From NCBI GenBank assembly GCA_964016885.1, contig OZ024745.1:86490001-86554000 (forward strand): a stretch of DNA of 64,000 bases, written 5' to 3'. This document shows positions 32,095 to 45,600 of the stretch, piece after piece. The stretch is from Eledone cirrhosa. Lineage: Eukaryota. The notes beneath the pieces were generated by a model, which ran no database searches, had not been told where the DNA came from, and saw only the letters and a list, made by a program, of their open reading frames with translations. Each line of letters begins with the position of its first letter. Position 1 is the stretch's first letter. A program made the position numbers and the translations under genes.

Positions 32095-34901
32095 TTGAAA
32101 CAAAATGAAAACGAAATTTCATTTCTCACTCTTAGTATGGCACTTACTTAAATGTAAGTATGCATGTATACGTACATACATATATGTATACAGACGTACA
32201 GTAGCATGCACATATATATATATATATATACATATATACATACATATGCATACAGGTACACATACATATATGCACGTATCAGTTTAGCGGCGCTAACGTC
32301 GCTTTGTTCGTTTGTAAACAAACTGAACAGCCTGAATTTATGCCATACGGTGTTAAGGCAACCACGTCACCTTTTTGTTCAACACTGACACAGGAACGAT
32401 GTACTAGTTTCAAGCTTGTTAGCTATCATCAGCACCGTTTACCCATCTGCCAGATAGTTGAACGTTCGAAAGTATATACTTTCCTTATGAAAATTAACGG
32501 CTGAGCAGCCTAATTTGCATATTGAGTGAGTTAAATCGGTCAGGCATACCGAAAACGATAAATTGAAACAAAATGAAAACGAAATTTCATTTCTCACTCT
32601 TAGTATGGCACTTACTTAAATGTAAGTATGCATGTATACGTACATACATATATGTATACAGACGTACAGTAGCATGCACATATATATATATATATATATA
32701 CATATATACATACATATGCATACAGGTACACATACATATATGCACGTATCAGTTTAGCGGCGCTAACGTCGCTTTGTTCGTTTGTAAACAAACTGAACAG
32801 CCTGAATTTATGCCATACGGTGTTAAGGCAACCACGTCACCTTTTTGTTCAACACTGACACAGGAACGATGTACTAGTTTCAAGCTTGTTAGCTATCATC
32901 AGCACCGTTTACCCATCTGCCAGATAGTTGAACGTTCGAAAGTATATACTTTCCTTATGAAAATTAACGGCTGAGCAGCCTAATTTGCATATTGAGTGAG
33001 TTAAATCGGTCAGGCATACCGAAAACGATAAATTGAAACAAAATGAAAACGAAATTTCATTTCTCACTCTTAGTATGGCACTTACTTAAATGTAAGTATG
33101 CATGTATACGTACATACATATATGTATACAGACGTACAGTAGCATGCACATATATATATATATATATACATATATACATACATATGCATACAGGTACACA
33201 TACATATATGCACGTATCAGTTTAGCGGCGCTAACGTCGCTTTGTTCGTTTGTAAACAAACTGAACAGCCTGAATTTATGCCATACGGTGTTAAGGCAAC
33301 CACGTCACCTTTTTGTTCAACACTGACACAGGAACGATGTACTAGTTTCAAGCTTGTTAGCTATCATCAGCACCGTTTACCCATCTGCCAGATAGTTGAA
33401 CGTTCGAAAGTATATACTTTCCTTATGAAAATTAACGGCTGAGCAGCCTAATTTGCATATTGAGTGAGTTAAATCGGTCAGGCATACCGAAAACGATAAA
33501 TTGAAACAAAATGAAAACGAAATTTCATTTCTCACTCTTAGTATGGCACTTACTTAAATGTAAGTATGCATGTATACGTACATACATATATGTATACAGA
33601 CGTACAGTAGCATGCACATATATATATATATATATACATATATACATACATATGCATACAGGTACACATACATATATGCACGTATCAGTTTAGCGGCGCT
33701 AACGTCGCTTTGTTCGTTTGTAAACAAACTGAACAGCCTGAATTTATGCCATACGGTGTTAAGGCAACCACGTCACCTTTTTGTTCAACACTGACACAGG
33801 AACGATGTACTAGTTTCAAGCTTGTTAGCTATCATCAGCACCGTTTACCCATCTGCCAGATAGTTGAACGTTCGAAAGTATATACTTTCCTTATGAAAAT
33901 TAACGGCTGAGCAGCCTAATTTGCATATTGAGTGAGTTAAATCGGTCAGGCATACCGAAAACGATAAATTGAAACAAAATGAAAACGAAATTTCATTTCT
34001 CACTCTTAGTATGGCACTTACTTAAATGTAAGTATGCATGTATACGTACATACATATATGTATACAGACGTACAGTAGCATGCACATATATATATATATA
34101 TATACATATATACATACATATGCATACAGGTACACATACATATATGCACGTATCAGTTTAGCGGCGCTAACGTCGCTTTGTTCGTTTGTAAACAAACTGA
34201 ACAGCCTGAATTTATGCCATACGGTGTTAAGGCAACCACGTCACCTTTTTGTTCAACACTGACACAGGAACGATGTACTAGTTTCAAGCTTGTTAGCTAT
34301 CATCAGCACCGTTTACCCATCTGCCAGATAGTTGAACGTTCGAAAGTATATACTTTCCTTATGAAAATTAACGGCTGAGCAGCCTAATTTGCATATTGAG
34401 TGAGTTAAATCGGTCAGGCATACCGAAAACGATAAATTGAAACAAAATGAAAACGAAATTTCATTTCTCACTCTTAGTATGGCACTTACTTAAATGTAAG
34501 TATGCATGTATACGTACATACATATATGTATACAGACGTACAGTAGCATGCACATATATATATATATATATACATATATACATACATATGCATACAGGTA
34601 CACATACATATATGCACGTATCAGTTTAGCGGCGCTAACGTCGCTTTGTTCGTTTGTAAACAAACTGAACAGCCTGAATTCATGCCATACGGTGTTAAGG
34701 CAACCACGTCACCTTTTTGTTCAACACTGACACAGGAACGATGTACTAGTTTCAAGCTTGTTAGCTATCATCAGCACCGTTTACCCATCTGCCAGATAGT
34801 TGAACGTTCGAAAGTATATACTTTCCTTATGAAAATTAACGGCTGAGCAGCCTAATTTGCATATTGAGTGAGTTAAATCGGTCAGGCATACCGAAAACGA
34901 T

Positions 34902-34902
<1 letters not shown>
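32094..34902 (-). repeat. Array 2: six near-identical 468-bp hammerhead monomers (diverged subfamily of array 1), flanked by (TA)n
   Basis: Periods of 468/470/468/468/468 in the ORF track. Reverse complement is colinear with the array 1 monomer. Confidence 0.95.
32385..32453 (-). ncRNA. Type I hammerhead ribozyme of array 2; stem I starts at 32395, 32865, 33333, 33801, 34269 and 34737
   Basis: Reverse complement reads ctggcagatgggta-aacggtg CTGATGA t-agct-aaca-agct-t GAAA CTAG TA catcgtt-cctg-tgtcag. Confidence 0.87.
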
Positions 34903-34972
<70 letters not shown>

Positions 34973-35121
34973 CAAATGAATGAAGGAGTTACAGGCCGTT
35001 AAAATAAGTCCTTTATATAGATTGAGCGCATCACGCTTCGGCTATTGGTATTTAGTATTCTGTATCGCACCTCTTTGCACCTTTCTGCTTCATCCTTCTT
35101 ACGATACTTAAACCCTATTAT

Positions 35122-35326
35122 TATTGGCAGTATCGGTAGAGGGTCAGATGCCATGCTTTGCAGCATAGAGTTATGGCCTGTTACGTTTTGAGTTCAAATC
35201 CGCCGAGGTTAACTTTGCCTTTCATCCTTACGCGGTCGATAAAATAAATTACCAGTAATGCACTGGGGTAATTGCTGGCCTTGTGCCAAAAGTAGAAACA
35301 TTATTATTATTATTATTATTATTATT
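35122..35326 (+). mobile_element. tRNA-derived SINE with (TTA)n tail
   Basis: A box TGGCAGTATCGG, B box GAGTTCAAATCC, body gccgaggttaactttgcctttcatcc...gtcgataaaat, and a (TTA)n tail. Confidence 0.8.
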
Positions 35327-35327
35327 G

Positions 35328-38287
35328 GCGACCTACGTAGGAAATCATATTATCGTGAGCACCACAAAGGTTTGTTGTTTTCAGTTGTTTCAAATTGCCA
35401 GTTATAGAAAATGTTTGTTGTTAAGTGTTTATAAGTTCACATATATTGATTTCTGAAAAGGACACTCAATAATATTGGGGCCTTGAGCCCAAAATTTAAA
35501 CTTTTATAATTATCAAACAAAAACTTTCTTTGAAAAAAAAACATGGACGGCTTCCAGCCACACAAAGCTGACAGCCTTCCTAACAGACTAACCTCTTCCA
35601 CCACCACCACCATTGTAAACATTACTACGGTTGCCAGCACTAAAAATATAAGCAGCGGCAATAATTTAAATTTGTCACATGCAGACATTCATTTCCCGCC
35701 ATTATAAATAACTGCAGGTGTTAAAGCCGCCACGCCCACCACCACAATGTCAAAAACAACAACAACCAACACCACTGATACCACTACCACCACAGCGACA
35801 ACAGAAACAAAAAATAAATTATTATCTCGTGAAATCGAAATGGATTCATCCAGAATCGACTCTTCCACGCCGAACACCATTGACACCACCACCACCACCA
35901 CAACTGAAACTAAAAATGATAATAACAAAAATAACAATAACAACAACAGCAACAACAACAACATCAACACCAGCGCAAAACAAAATGTGTCGTTTGCCAA
36001 AGCAGCCAAGAAAAGCGAAACAATCGAGGTAAGCCGGGATTAAATGGTAAACAATGATGGGCACAGCGTCAGCCTCACCCAACCCAAATAATAAAATGGT
36101 GCATCGGCGCCTATGCACCGTGTCATATCGGACGATAAACACAAAATCACGCCGAGTAGAACGGGCATCCGAGTCCCAGATACAAAAAGCTTTGGGACAT
36201 GTGTGGGCGAAAAAACCCCACATCAGACGTGGGCAGAAATATGGAACCGTGGACGTGTTCGTTGGAACCTCACAGGAAGCCAGAGAGCACTCCATGGCCC
36301 CATTAAGAAGTGACGAGTTCACACTCGTCCCAAGCTATTGTGGTCAGAGACTCGTGAAGATCATGGTGACCCATGTTCCGCCAGCCAATCGAAATTCCCT
36401 GGCTAATGGCTGCCGTCCTCGCCGGCATCGAGGCCAACACGAAAATAATTGAGATAACAAAAGAAAAGCAGGAGAACTGGTCCGGATCTAGGATGGAGCT
36501 CTTGATCCAATCGGACCCAAAAAAACATTGAGGAAATTCCAGAGGTGATAGACCTCAATGACGGCAGCCACCTCACCGTAATCGTTGAGGGTAGAAGGCC
36601 CAGGTGTGTCGTTTGTGGCGAAGGAACCCACCTAAAGGCTTTCTGTCTTCAGGCTAAAAAGTTGAGGCCACCTCTCCTAACCACCCCAGTGACTCAACCA
36701 TCAAAACCACCAGCAGCAGAAATGTCAGCAACAACTGTAGCAGCAACAACAGAAGCAACTATAGCAGCAACAAGCCCAGAAACAGTAGCAAAGCCAACAC
36801 CATCCACCACGCCACAACCAAAACCAACGCCTGTGGAGGATTTTCCACTCCCAGACCTATCCCAACTGGAGACAGATTGTGACGATGAGGAGGAGTGGGA
36901 AATGGTATCAGGAAAAAAGAAAAAGAAAAAAAAACACCCAAAAGAAAAAATTCTCTTCCTTCGCCCTCCAAAAACAAAATGCAGGGGGAAACAAATAAGC
37001 AAACAAATGAAAAAGTTAAGACAGCTATGCTACCACCCACACCAGCATCACCAGCCCCATCACCACAAACACCAACACCATCACCATCATTAACCCCATA
37101 ACCACCATCACCAACACCACAAAAATCACCAAAAAGCGAAACAGAAACAAACCCACAACAAACGCAAACAAAACAAAACAACCAAAACGATACACACTAC
37201 ACAGCATTAAATTGGAACAACCAAGTATTACACTACATCTAACACAACACCAGCATAACAGAAAAAGACTACACAACACTCCAACAATTCACACCACCCC
37301 CACACATCAAATCACTCGCATCACACAGAAAACGTACACGAAACAAAAATTCCCCAAGGACATCGGAGACTTCCGACAAACACTCTCCAGGAGGATTTAT
37401 AAAGACATCCTTCCGGAGGAGGCCACTAGCAGTGAGAAGAATGGAGAAACCATCCTTCCTCTACGAGAAGTGAGATAAGTGGTCTTTCCCATCTTTTTCT
37501 ACTCCTTTTCAACATGACCTCACTCAGAATAGGCAGCAGAAATGCGCGTGGCCTGGGGTCGTCATGGAAACAGGGCCACCTGCTCAACGACCTCAGGTTA
37601 CTAAACATAGATGTGGTAGCCATCAGCGAGATCAGAATCTCCGAAGCACGAGCCTTCGCACCGATCTTCAGCGGCTACGATGTGTACGCATCTCCCAGCC
37701 GTCCTGGATCGGGGGGAGGTGTTGCTGTGCTTTTTCGGAGAGGTTTGGATCTCGCCATACGGGCCATCTTCCTGGACCCAGAAGGTAAGTTGGTGGTGCT
37801 GGACGTGACCAGCGGAGACGGGCAAGCTTTCAGGCTAGTGGCCGTCTATGCCCCGACAGGAGCAGGGCGGCCTGATTTCTTCCGGCGTCTGGAGACCTTT
37901 CTTGGAACGTACCGCTCTTTAGTGTTAGTGGGCGATTGGAACGGGATCTTAGATGCACGCTGAGATTAGCGGATAGGGGAGGAGGGTGTAAAAGCCTCGC
38001 AAACATGCTCAGACGGTTTCAACTGTCTGACAGGTACCGTCTGGATTTCCCAAATGTGCCAATGTGGACATGGACAAACCGCATCGGGTCATCCAGATCA
38101 TTTCTAGATAGGATATTTTGTAGGGAAATAGATAGGTCTAGCATAAGCTGTCCACATTTCAAAATAGTCGACTACACGGACCAAAAATTCGTGATCTGTG
38201 AGGTTGACTTAGATAGGCTTCATAGAGAGGGACCCGGGTACTGGAAGCTAAACGCGTCATTAACAGCGCGCAAGGCCTACAGAGACC
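35328..38287 (+). mobile_element. Tx1/L1-clade LINE, 3'-deleted: disrupted ORF1 (35543-37478) and APE endonuclease of ORF2 (from 37514)
   Basis: ORF1 zinc knuckle CVVCGEGTHLKAFC. ORF2 motifs NARGL, ISE, AVYAP, VGDWN, SFLDRI, YTDQ, PGYWKLN. Confidence 0.9.
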
Positions 38288-41200
38288 TGGTATCGATTAA
38301 TTTTCTCCCTCTCTTTCTCTTGCACTCTCGTGTCGAATGGGCAGGCCACATCCACAATCAGGCATGATCTTTTTTCTTTGTCCACAACCACCAGGTCAGG
38401 TCTATTGTGTTCCAGTTTCTTGTCCGTCTGTATCCTAAAATCCCACAGCACCTTCACCTGATCGTTTTCTATCACCGACTCTGGCTTATGCTCATACCAC
38501 TTCTCAGAATGTGGTAAATTGTTTACTTTGCATAGGTGCCAGTGGATCACCCTGCCCATCACATCATGTCTCCAGCCCTTATAGTGAGTCTGGGCTAGGT
38601 GTTTACGCTCAGATACAATGTGAGCCACAGTCTCCTCTCTCTCTCCACAGTCACCTCTCTCTCTCCACAGATCCTGCACAGTGGGCTAGCCTCCTCCTTG
38701 TAAATATGGTATTTCAACCACTTCGTTTTGAGGGCCTGCTCTTGCGCAGCCATTAACATTCCTTCTGTAGCCTTGTTAAGGTCTCCTCATATTCAAGCAG
38801 TTCCATGTCTGTGGATCTCTGAATTCAGTTTTCTCAAAGAAGGTACTATGAAGGGATTTTTCCTGAAGGCTGCTCTTTCTCCTTGTTGTTATTTCCTCCT
38901 TGGACATCCCCTGGTCTATTGTCCTCTCCTTCAGTACAGTTCTGAGCATTGGCTCCTTACTATCAGCCACGTATTTGTGTAGGTTGTTTTTCTCCATCTG
39001 AACACAGTCCTCTATGCTGATAAGACCTCTTCCACCTTCAGATCTCCTTAAGTAGAGTCTATCGACATCACTCCTCTTGTGGAACATGTTGTAGATAGTC
39101 AATAGCTTTCTAGTCTTCCTATCCATTTCTTTTTGTTCAGCAACATTCCATCTCAGAATTCCCGCACTGTACCTAATAATAGACACAGCTCGGGAATTTA
39201 CTGCACTTATGGCATTCCTACTATTCAGATGTGACTTTCATACGCTCCTTACTCTCCGAATGTATTCAGTTCTTTTCAATTCCTTCATTTTTTTGTTCTT
39301 GATGTCATCAGCTTCCAGAACACCCAAATACTTGTATCCTTCTTCAGTGTCAATTTCCTTTATCAACTCACCTGTTGGTACCTGGATTCCGTTGCTTCTG
39401 CTCAATTTACCCCTCTTCCTCACAAGGACTCCACACTTACTAATACCAAATTGCATACATATATCATTGCTGAAAATACGGACAGTGTCAACAAGCACAT
39501 CCAACTCATTCTCACTCTTCCCGAAGAGCTTAAGATCGTCCATGAAGTGGAGGTGATTGATGGTAATTTTCCCTTTCCCAACTTGTATCCTGCTCTCACT
39601 TTTCGCAGTATAATGGTCAGGGGCATCAGGGCAAGGACAAACAACAGAGGGGACAGACTATCTCCCTGGAAGATACCTCTCTTGATTTTCACGCCTCCCA
39701 AGGATTCTCCAGCTGATGTTAACTCTGTTTCCCAGGACTTCATACTTTTGCCCAACAACTGTCTGATGTTATCTGCCACCTTGAAGATCTCTAGGCTTTT
39801 GGTGATCCAAGAATGAGGCACCATGTCGAATGCCTTTTGTAGTCTATCCATCCCATGGCAAGACCAGTGTGTCTCCTCTTGCAATTCCTCATTACCATCT
39901 TATCAATAAGTAACTGGTCCTTTGTACCACGGGACTTCTTTCGGCATCCTTTCTGTTCGTCCGGTAACAAGTTGTTTGTGTGGCGGTGATGGTAGATTTC
40001 CTCAGACATAATGCTTGTCAACAGTTTCCACATTACGGACAGACATGTGATTGGTCTATAGTTGGTAACATCATTACCCTTGATTCGGTCCTTCATTACC
40101 AGAACTGTGGTACCTTTTGTCAACCACTCTGGTACCTCACCTGACATCAAGCAGTCATTGAACATGGTTGTCAGTTTCGGGTGGAGGGATGTTATATTTT
40201 TAATCCAATACCCCTGCACACCATCTGGGCCTGGTGATTTCCATTTGGTTAGTTTTTTGGCCTGCCCCTTAAGAGTTTCAACTGTGATACTCAAGTCAGT
40301 TTGTTGGTGTGCCTGTTCACTAATCTTCTGTACTGTCTCAATCCACACTGCCTGGTCATTATGTTTAACATCCTGCTCCCATATTCCTCTCCAGAATGTT
40401 TTAGTTTGTTCCGCCTCAGGGATCAAGTCGTTGCCTCTTTCTTTCCCCTCAAGCTGTCCAAACAGCATCTTCTGGTTGTTGTCAAACATGCGGTTCTGTC
40501 TATACTGACTGACTCTGCTCTCGTATCGCCTAATTTTTGCACTCTTTGCTACAATGCGTTGCTTCAGTTCCTCTATGATAATATTTAGCTTTTTCCTCCT
40601 AGTTTTGTACTTTATTTCCAGTCTATTTTTAGTGTCTATGTTTTTTAGTGTCCCATTCAGTAGGGACTCAAGCTTTCCAATGTCATTTCTCATTTCCCTG
40701 ATTTGACGACTCAGTCGTTTCTTCCACCAAGGCTCTGATCTTTCTTGTTTGTTGTTTACTCTCGCTTTTATACCAAGTAATTTCCTCACCGCATTTGCTG
40801 TTGCTTTGAGGATATTGTTGCACTGGTGAAGGCTCCTCGCCTCAAGGTATGGGATGACTTTGTTTACCTTAGCTGTTGTTTCTTTTAACTTTTTTCTGTC
40901 TACAAATCTTAGGTTCGTAGGTTTCCCACTATCATTGTTCATTTCATCTACCACTAAGTTTAGGATATCAACCAAATCTTGTCCTAGCCCGTCAGCATTC
41001 ATCTCCTCAATGGCCGTATCTTTGTTCCAGGTATTATTTATTTCAGCATTCAGATCATTGTTTGCTTCGGGTGGTTCCTCCGTTCTCTCAACCTCTTCAC
41101 CTTCATTTCCCACTGGCTCGTTTGCCTGGCATACTCCACTCTCCATTTCCAACCTAATCTCTCTGCTCAGTTCCTCCAGTTCCAGCTCGCTTAGCCACCC

Positions 41201-42612
41201 ATTAGTTCTTATTACCCGAGCCTGTCCGGCCAATTTTTGTTCATCTAATTTAAATAGACCAATCTCGTTCCAGATGTTATGCATCCGTTTCCTATAGCCT
41301 TTCTCCTTGGGGTTACTCTTCAGGTAACATTGCATAACAGTTCTATTCAATTCTTTCGTCCAGTTGGTTCTGGTCCCTTTCCTTCTTCTTCCTCCGACAC
41401 CAGCAGTATTTGGTTGACAGCCAGGTCCCTGCTGCTGAGCCAGGGAGTACCTGCTGGGTGAGAGTTTGTCACATGACATTCTAGTCTCCACTTCACCGTT
41501 ATTCGAACTGTTTAGGTTCGACATTTAAACACTCTTATCGAGGATTGGTGAATGTATGGTTACATAACCACCGGTGATTTCATAACCTCCGGTGATTTCA
41601 TCACTCCCGGTGATTTTTGTGTGGCACTATCACGCTGTAGACGAACATAAATAAACAAACAAACAAACAGGCAAAAAACCCCCCAAAAAGAATAAGCATA
41701 AGTTTCATTGTAATGTAATGTTTGACTGTCTGACTTGGTTTTTCCCTTCCCTTCTCTGTCCGTCTGTTTGTTTTTCTCTTCATTTTTCTTTTCTTTACGT
41801 TTTTCGTTGTTGCTGTGCTGCTTTGATTTTGATTTTTGGTTTTTGATTTTTTGACCGGGTCATCAATTCAGTCTATTTATATATTTTGATGCCTTCCTCT
41901 TTTAGTGGGGACACTACGATGCATGTGTTAACAGGAGGTAGTGAGAGAGAATAGCGGCGGTAGTGATAATGAGGCAGTGGTGGTGGTGGTGTGGTGGTGC
42001 TGTGCTAGTAGTACTTAGCATGAGGTAGTGGGAGAGAATAGCGGCGGTAGCGATAATGAGGCAGTGGTGGTGGTGATGTGATCGTAGTACTGTAGTGATG
42101 GTGTTGCAGTTGAAGTAGAAACAGAAGTTGAGGCAACTTGACCAGTTTTTAGCGTGGTAGTGGTGTTGGTGTTGGTGGTGAAATTATCTCTTCTCTGTCC
42201 ACTTAGCCATTTAGCTATCTATGTAGCTATTTAGTCATTTTGCCATTTTCCTCCTATTCGACTCTAACATTCCTGATCCAAAATTAAATATTAATATTGT
42301 TTATTAATATTGTCTAGTGATACCGCCACCTTCCCCTTTCGTAAGTTAACAGAAAGTAATGGGGGAATAGCGGTGGTAGCAATGAAGGGGTGGTGGCGGC
42401 GGTGGTGGGATAGTGGTAGCAATGATGGATGGGGTGGTGGCGGCGGTGACTATAGTGATGGCGTTGTCGTTACTGAGTTTTGTTGAATAGACTGTAGTTT
42501 GTTTGATCGGTGAATCTATGCGGTTAGTCGCGTATGTTTAATATATGTGTTGACATATCTTAATATTGGAATTAAACATTTTGTGAAAACTTGAGACAAT
42601 AATACTAGTAAT
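38286..42612 (-). mobile_element. R4/Dong-like RLE non-LTR retrotransposon, family B: frameshifted ORF from 41524, extreme 3' end deleted
   Basis: Motifs PWWKKRL, KSPGPDG, NYRPITCL, EQKG, WIDY, GIFQGDSLSPLLF, MDDLKL, GGRGL, ETVAHIVSE, NRPDLVVVD...IVDVACP. Confidence 0.9.
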
Positions 42613-45600
42613 AATGGTTAAGAATTTTCGAATTTTTTTATCGAGCCTACGGATCTCTGTGCTTGACCAGTTGATGACATTGTAACTGTAGGTTACTACT
42701 GGTATGGCAAGCGTGTTTATGGCATCGATCCTATTCCTTGCATTCAATTCCGTTCTTAAGATTGCTCTTACTCTGCGGTAACATTCCTTCCTTATCCTTT
42801 CCCTCATTGTCGAGTGCTTGATTCCGTCTCCTTCACAAACACCTAGATATTTGTAAGTTTTTTCTTGATCAAGTTCTCTTATCACATTCCCCGATCAAGA
42901 TTAATGTCTGAACTCTTCAGCATCTTTCCTGTGGCGAACGTTGCTTTGGCGCATTTATCTAGTCCAAACTCCATTTTAATGTTATCACTGAACTGCTCCA
43001 CAGTGGATAATAGCCCTTGCAAGTGTTCATCATTTTTTGCAAATAGTTTCAGGTCATCCATGTAGAACAAGTGATTAATGGTTTTGTCATAGACTTTATA
43101 TCCATGTTTTGTTTCATTGAGCATTTTACTTAATGGTATAAGTGCGATGCAGAATAAAAGCGGTGATAAAGAGTCACCCTGAAAAATTCCACAATTAATA
43201 TTAACTTCTCCAGCTTCCAGTGATTTTGTTTCACTATTCAAAAGGAGTGTCGTTTTCCATGTCTTCATACTGAATGACAAAAACCTCCTGACAACGGGGG
43301 ATATTTTGAAAATCTCTAAACATTTTTCAATCCAACTGTGTGGCAAACTATCGAATGTTTTTTTATAATCTATCCAAGCAATTGATAGATTTTTATGTCT
43401 ATGATGACAATCTTCCAGTATCATTTTGTTTAACCAAAAGCTGATCCTTACAGCCATATGAGCCTCGTTTACACCCTTTCTGCTCAATGGGAAATAGGTC
43501 ATTTGTTATCAGGTGGTCATATGTATATTCAGTTAGGACTGATGTTAAAATTTTATACATTGTGGTCAAGCAAGTTATCGGTCTGTAATTTTTGGGATTG
43601 TTTGTCTCATCATTCTTCGGAAGCAGGAATGTAATGCCGTTAACTAGCCATGATGGAATCTTTTCTGGCTCCTTAACTATTTCATTGTAAAGTTGGGCTA
43701 ACCGCTCATGAGACTCTGTGAAGGCATTTAACCAAAAATTTTGAATTTTGTCTTTTCCTGGGGATTTCCATTTGCTGGTTTTTCTTAGAGCCAAACGCAA
43801 CTGTTGAACTGTTATATTTTCCCATATTTTTTCCTCAAGGTGAGCTGTATCTTTCATTTGTCTGTCTATCCATGGGGCATGTATATTATGAACTTTTTCT
43901 TCGGCCCAGATCTTTTCTCAGAATTCTTGCACTTCCTCCTTGGGTGGTATTGATTTAGCAGTTATTGTTGACTTACCAATGTTTATGTAGAAGTTTCTTT
44001 GGTTGGTTTTGAACATATTATTGTCCTTATAGAATCTAGATCGTTTTACAAAGCGCGCCTTATACGAGCAGCTTTGGCCGACACTTTTTGCTTGATTATT
44101 TCTATCAGCATGTCTATGTCACATGTTGGTTTTGTACTGTACTTTCTTTTCAATTTTCTAAGTTTAGTTTGTTTAACATGTTCACCTACTTAATAGTTTT
44201 TTACATTTCTATGTCAGATCGGAGAAGGTTTATTTGGCGATTGATGTTCTCTTGCCAAGTAGATTTCTTGTGGGAATTCCTTTGTTTTTTCATCTTCACT
44301 CCACATAAGTGAGTGGTGACTTTAGCCGATGCATAATAGAGATGATTTAAATCAGTAATGTTTAGTTTGTTTGTGATGATAATGTTTTTGATAATTATGT
44401 TAGTCTTGTGTATTATCTTTTGGTTCTGTTTGGAGTTCTGGATCTTAGGGAGGGTGTCTCGTTCCCCCATGTCAGATTCTTTCATTTTCATCCATTCGAT
44501 CATAATTTCATCCTTCAAGTTGGCAAGTTCATTCTCATTCATTTCTTTATCATTTACGAACTCGTTCTTTTCATTTGGAGTTTCATCTTGAGCATGCACT
44601 CCCTCCACTTTTTCGATCCTTTCTTTAATTTGTTCTGTTGTCAGTGATTCCGCCCCAACCCTGGGATTCGAAGTGTTACAATTTAGCTCGTTTTCACTGA
44701 CACATGTTTCATTTTCCCTTCGCTGACTTTGTGCTAATAGCTTGATCTGATCAATTTCTATATCAGTTAGTAACTTTTTTCTTACAATATTTCTTCGTAT
44801 ATTGGCTAGTTTGTTACTGTTTTCGGGATATTTCTTTTTCCAGTTGATATATGTTTGTTCTGTATTCGATGTATTTGATGGGTAGTACATGGCAGTGTAG
44901 AAAGCCTCAAGGACTTCTTTATTATCTTCCCTTGACCATTTTTCTCTCTTTTTCCTTGGATTTCTTGGTGGTGAGCATGGAGGGCCAACAGTAGGAGTAT
45001 TCCGGTTATGGGAGGTCTCCAGCTCCGAAGTGATGGGAAGGTTTGAACCATTAGCTGATTTTTCGACCCCAGTCTGGTTCCTCTCTGGGGGACGCGGCCC
45101 TTTTTGACCCGGGTGACGGCCGATCAGGTATGAGATTTTATCATTAGACATTTACTTTATTTTGTCGCGTTTTATCCTTATCAGCCAAGGGGTAATCATT
45201 TCGTGTTACCACTTCTAGAACGAGTGTCAACCAAGACTAGAGGGGTCGTTCTCCCCTAGAGACACGGCTATTCCCCGCCGGCCGCCTACCCGGTATTTCT
45301 TGGTCACGGGATTTTCTTTTTTGTTGTTTTTTTAAATTGTTATTATCATGAGTGGTTCCTTAATGTGAGCATTGCGTGGCTTAAGAATGAAATTATTAAT
45401 AATTGTCTCCACTCCAGGCACAAGGCCAGCAATCACCCAGTGCATTACAATAATATAATATACTTTTTGCTGAAGTTGACTGTTATTGTTGTTGGCTATG
45501 TCGGTGGTGGTGCTGGGGATTTTTATATTGTTGGTGGGGAAGGGGGGAGCCAGCAGTGCCATAGTTGTTGACGTTTGGCCGGTGGCCGGGTCACTAAGTC

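Noticed and set aside
40062-41297. Antisense ORFs of 100-215 aa over the LINE coding regions (also near 36.7-37.2, 47.7-48.3 and 62.5-63.0 kb)
   Set aside because: These are shadow ORFs of the retrotransposon reading frames with no recognisable motifs.
45202-45308. HDV-like ribozyme call for the RLE 5' structure
   Set aside because: A G.U-started P1-like helix can be drawn, but I could not fit P1.1 (GG), the L3 consensus and the catalytic C together. It is left as an unclassified structure.
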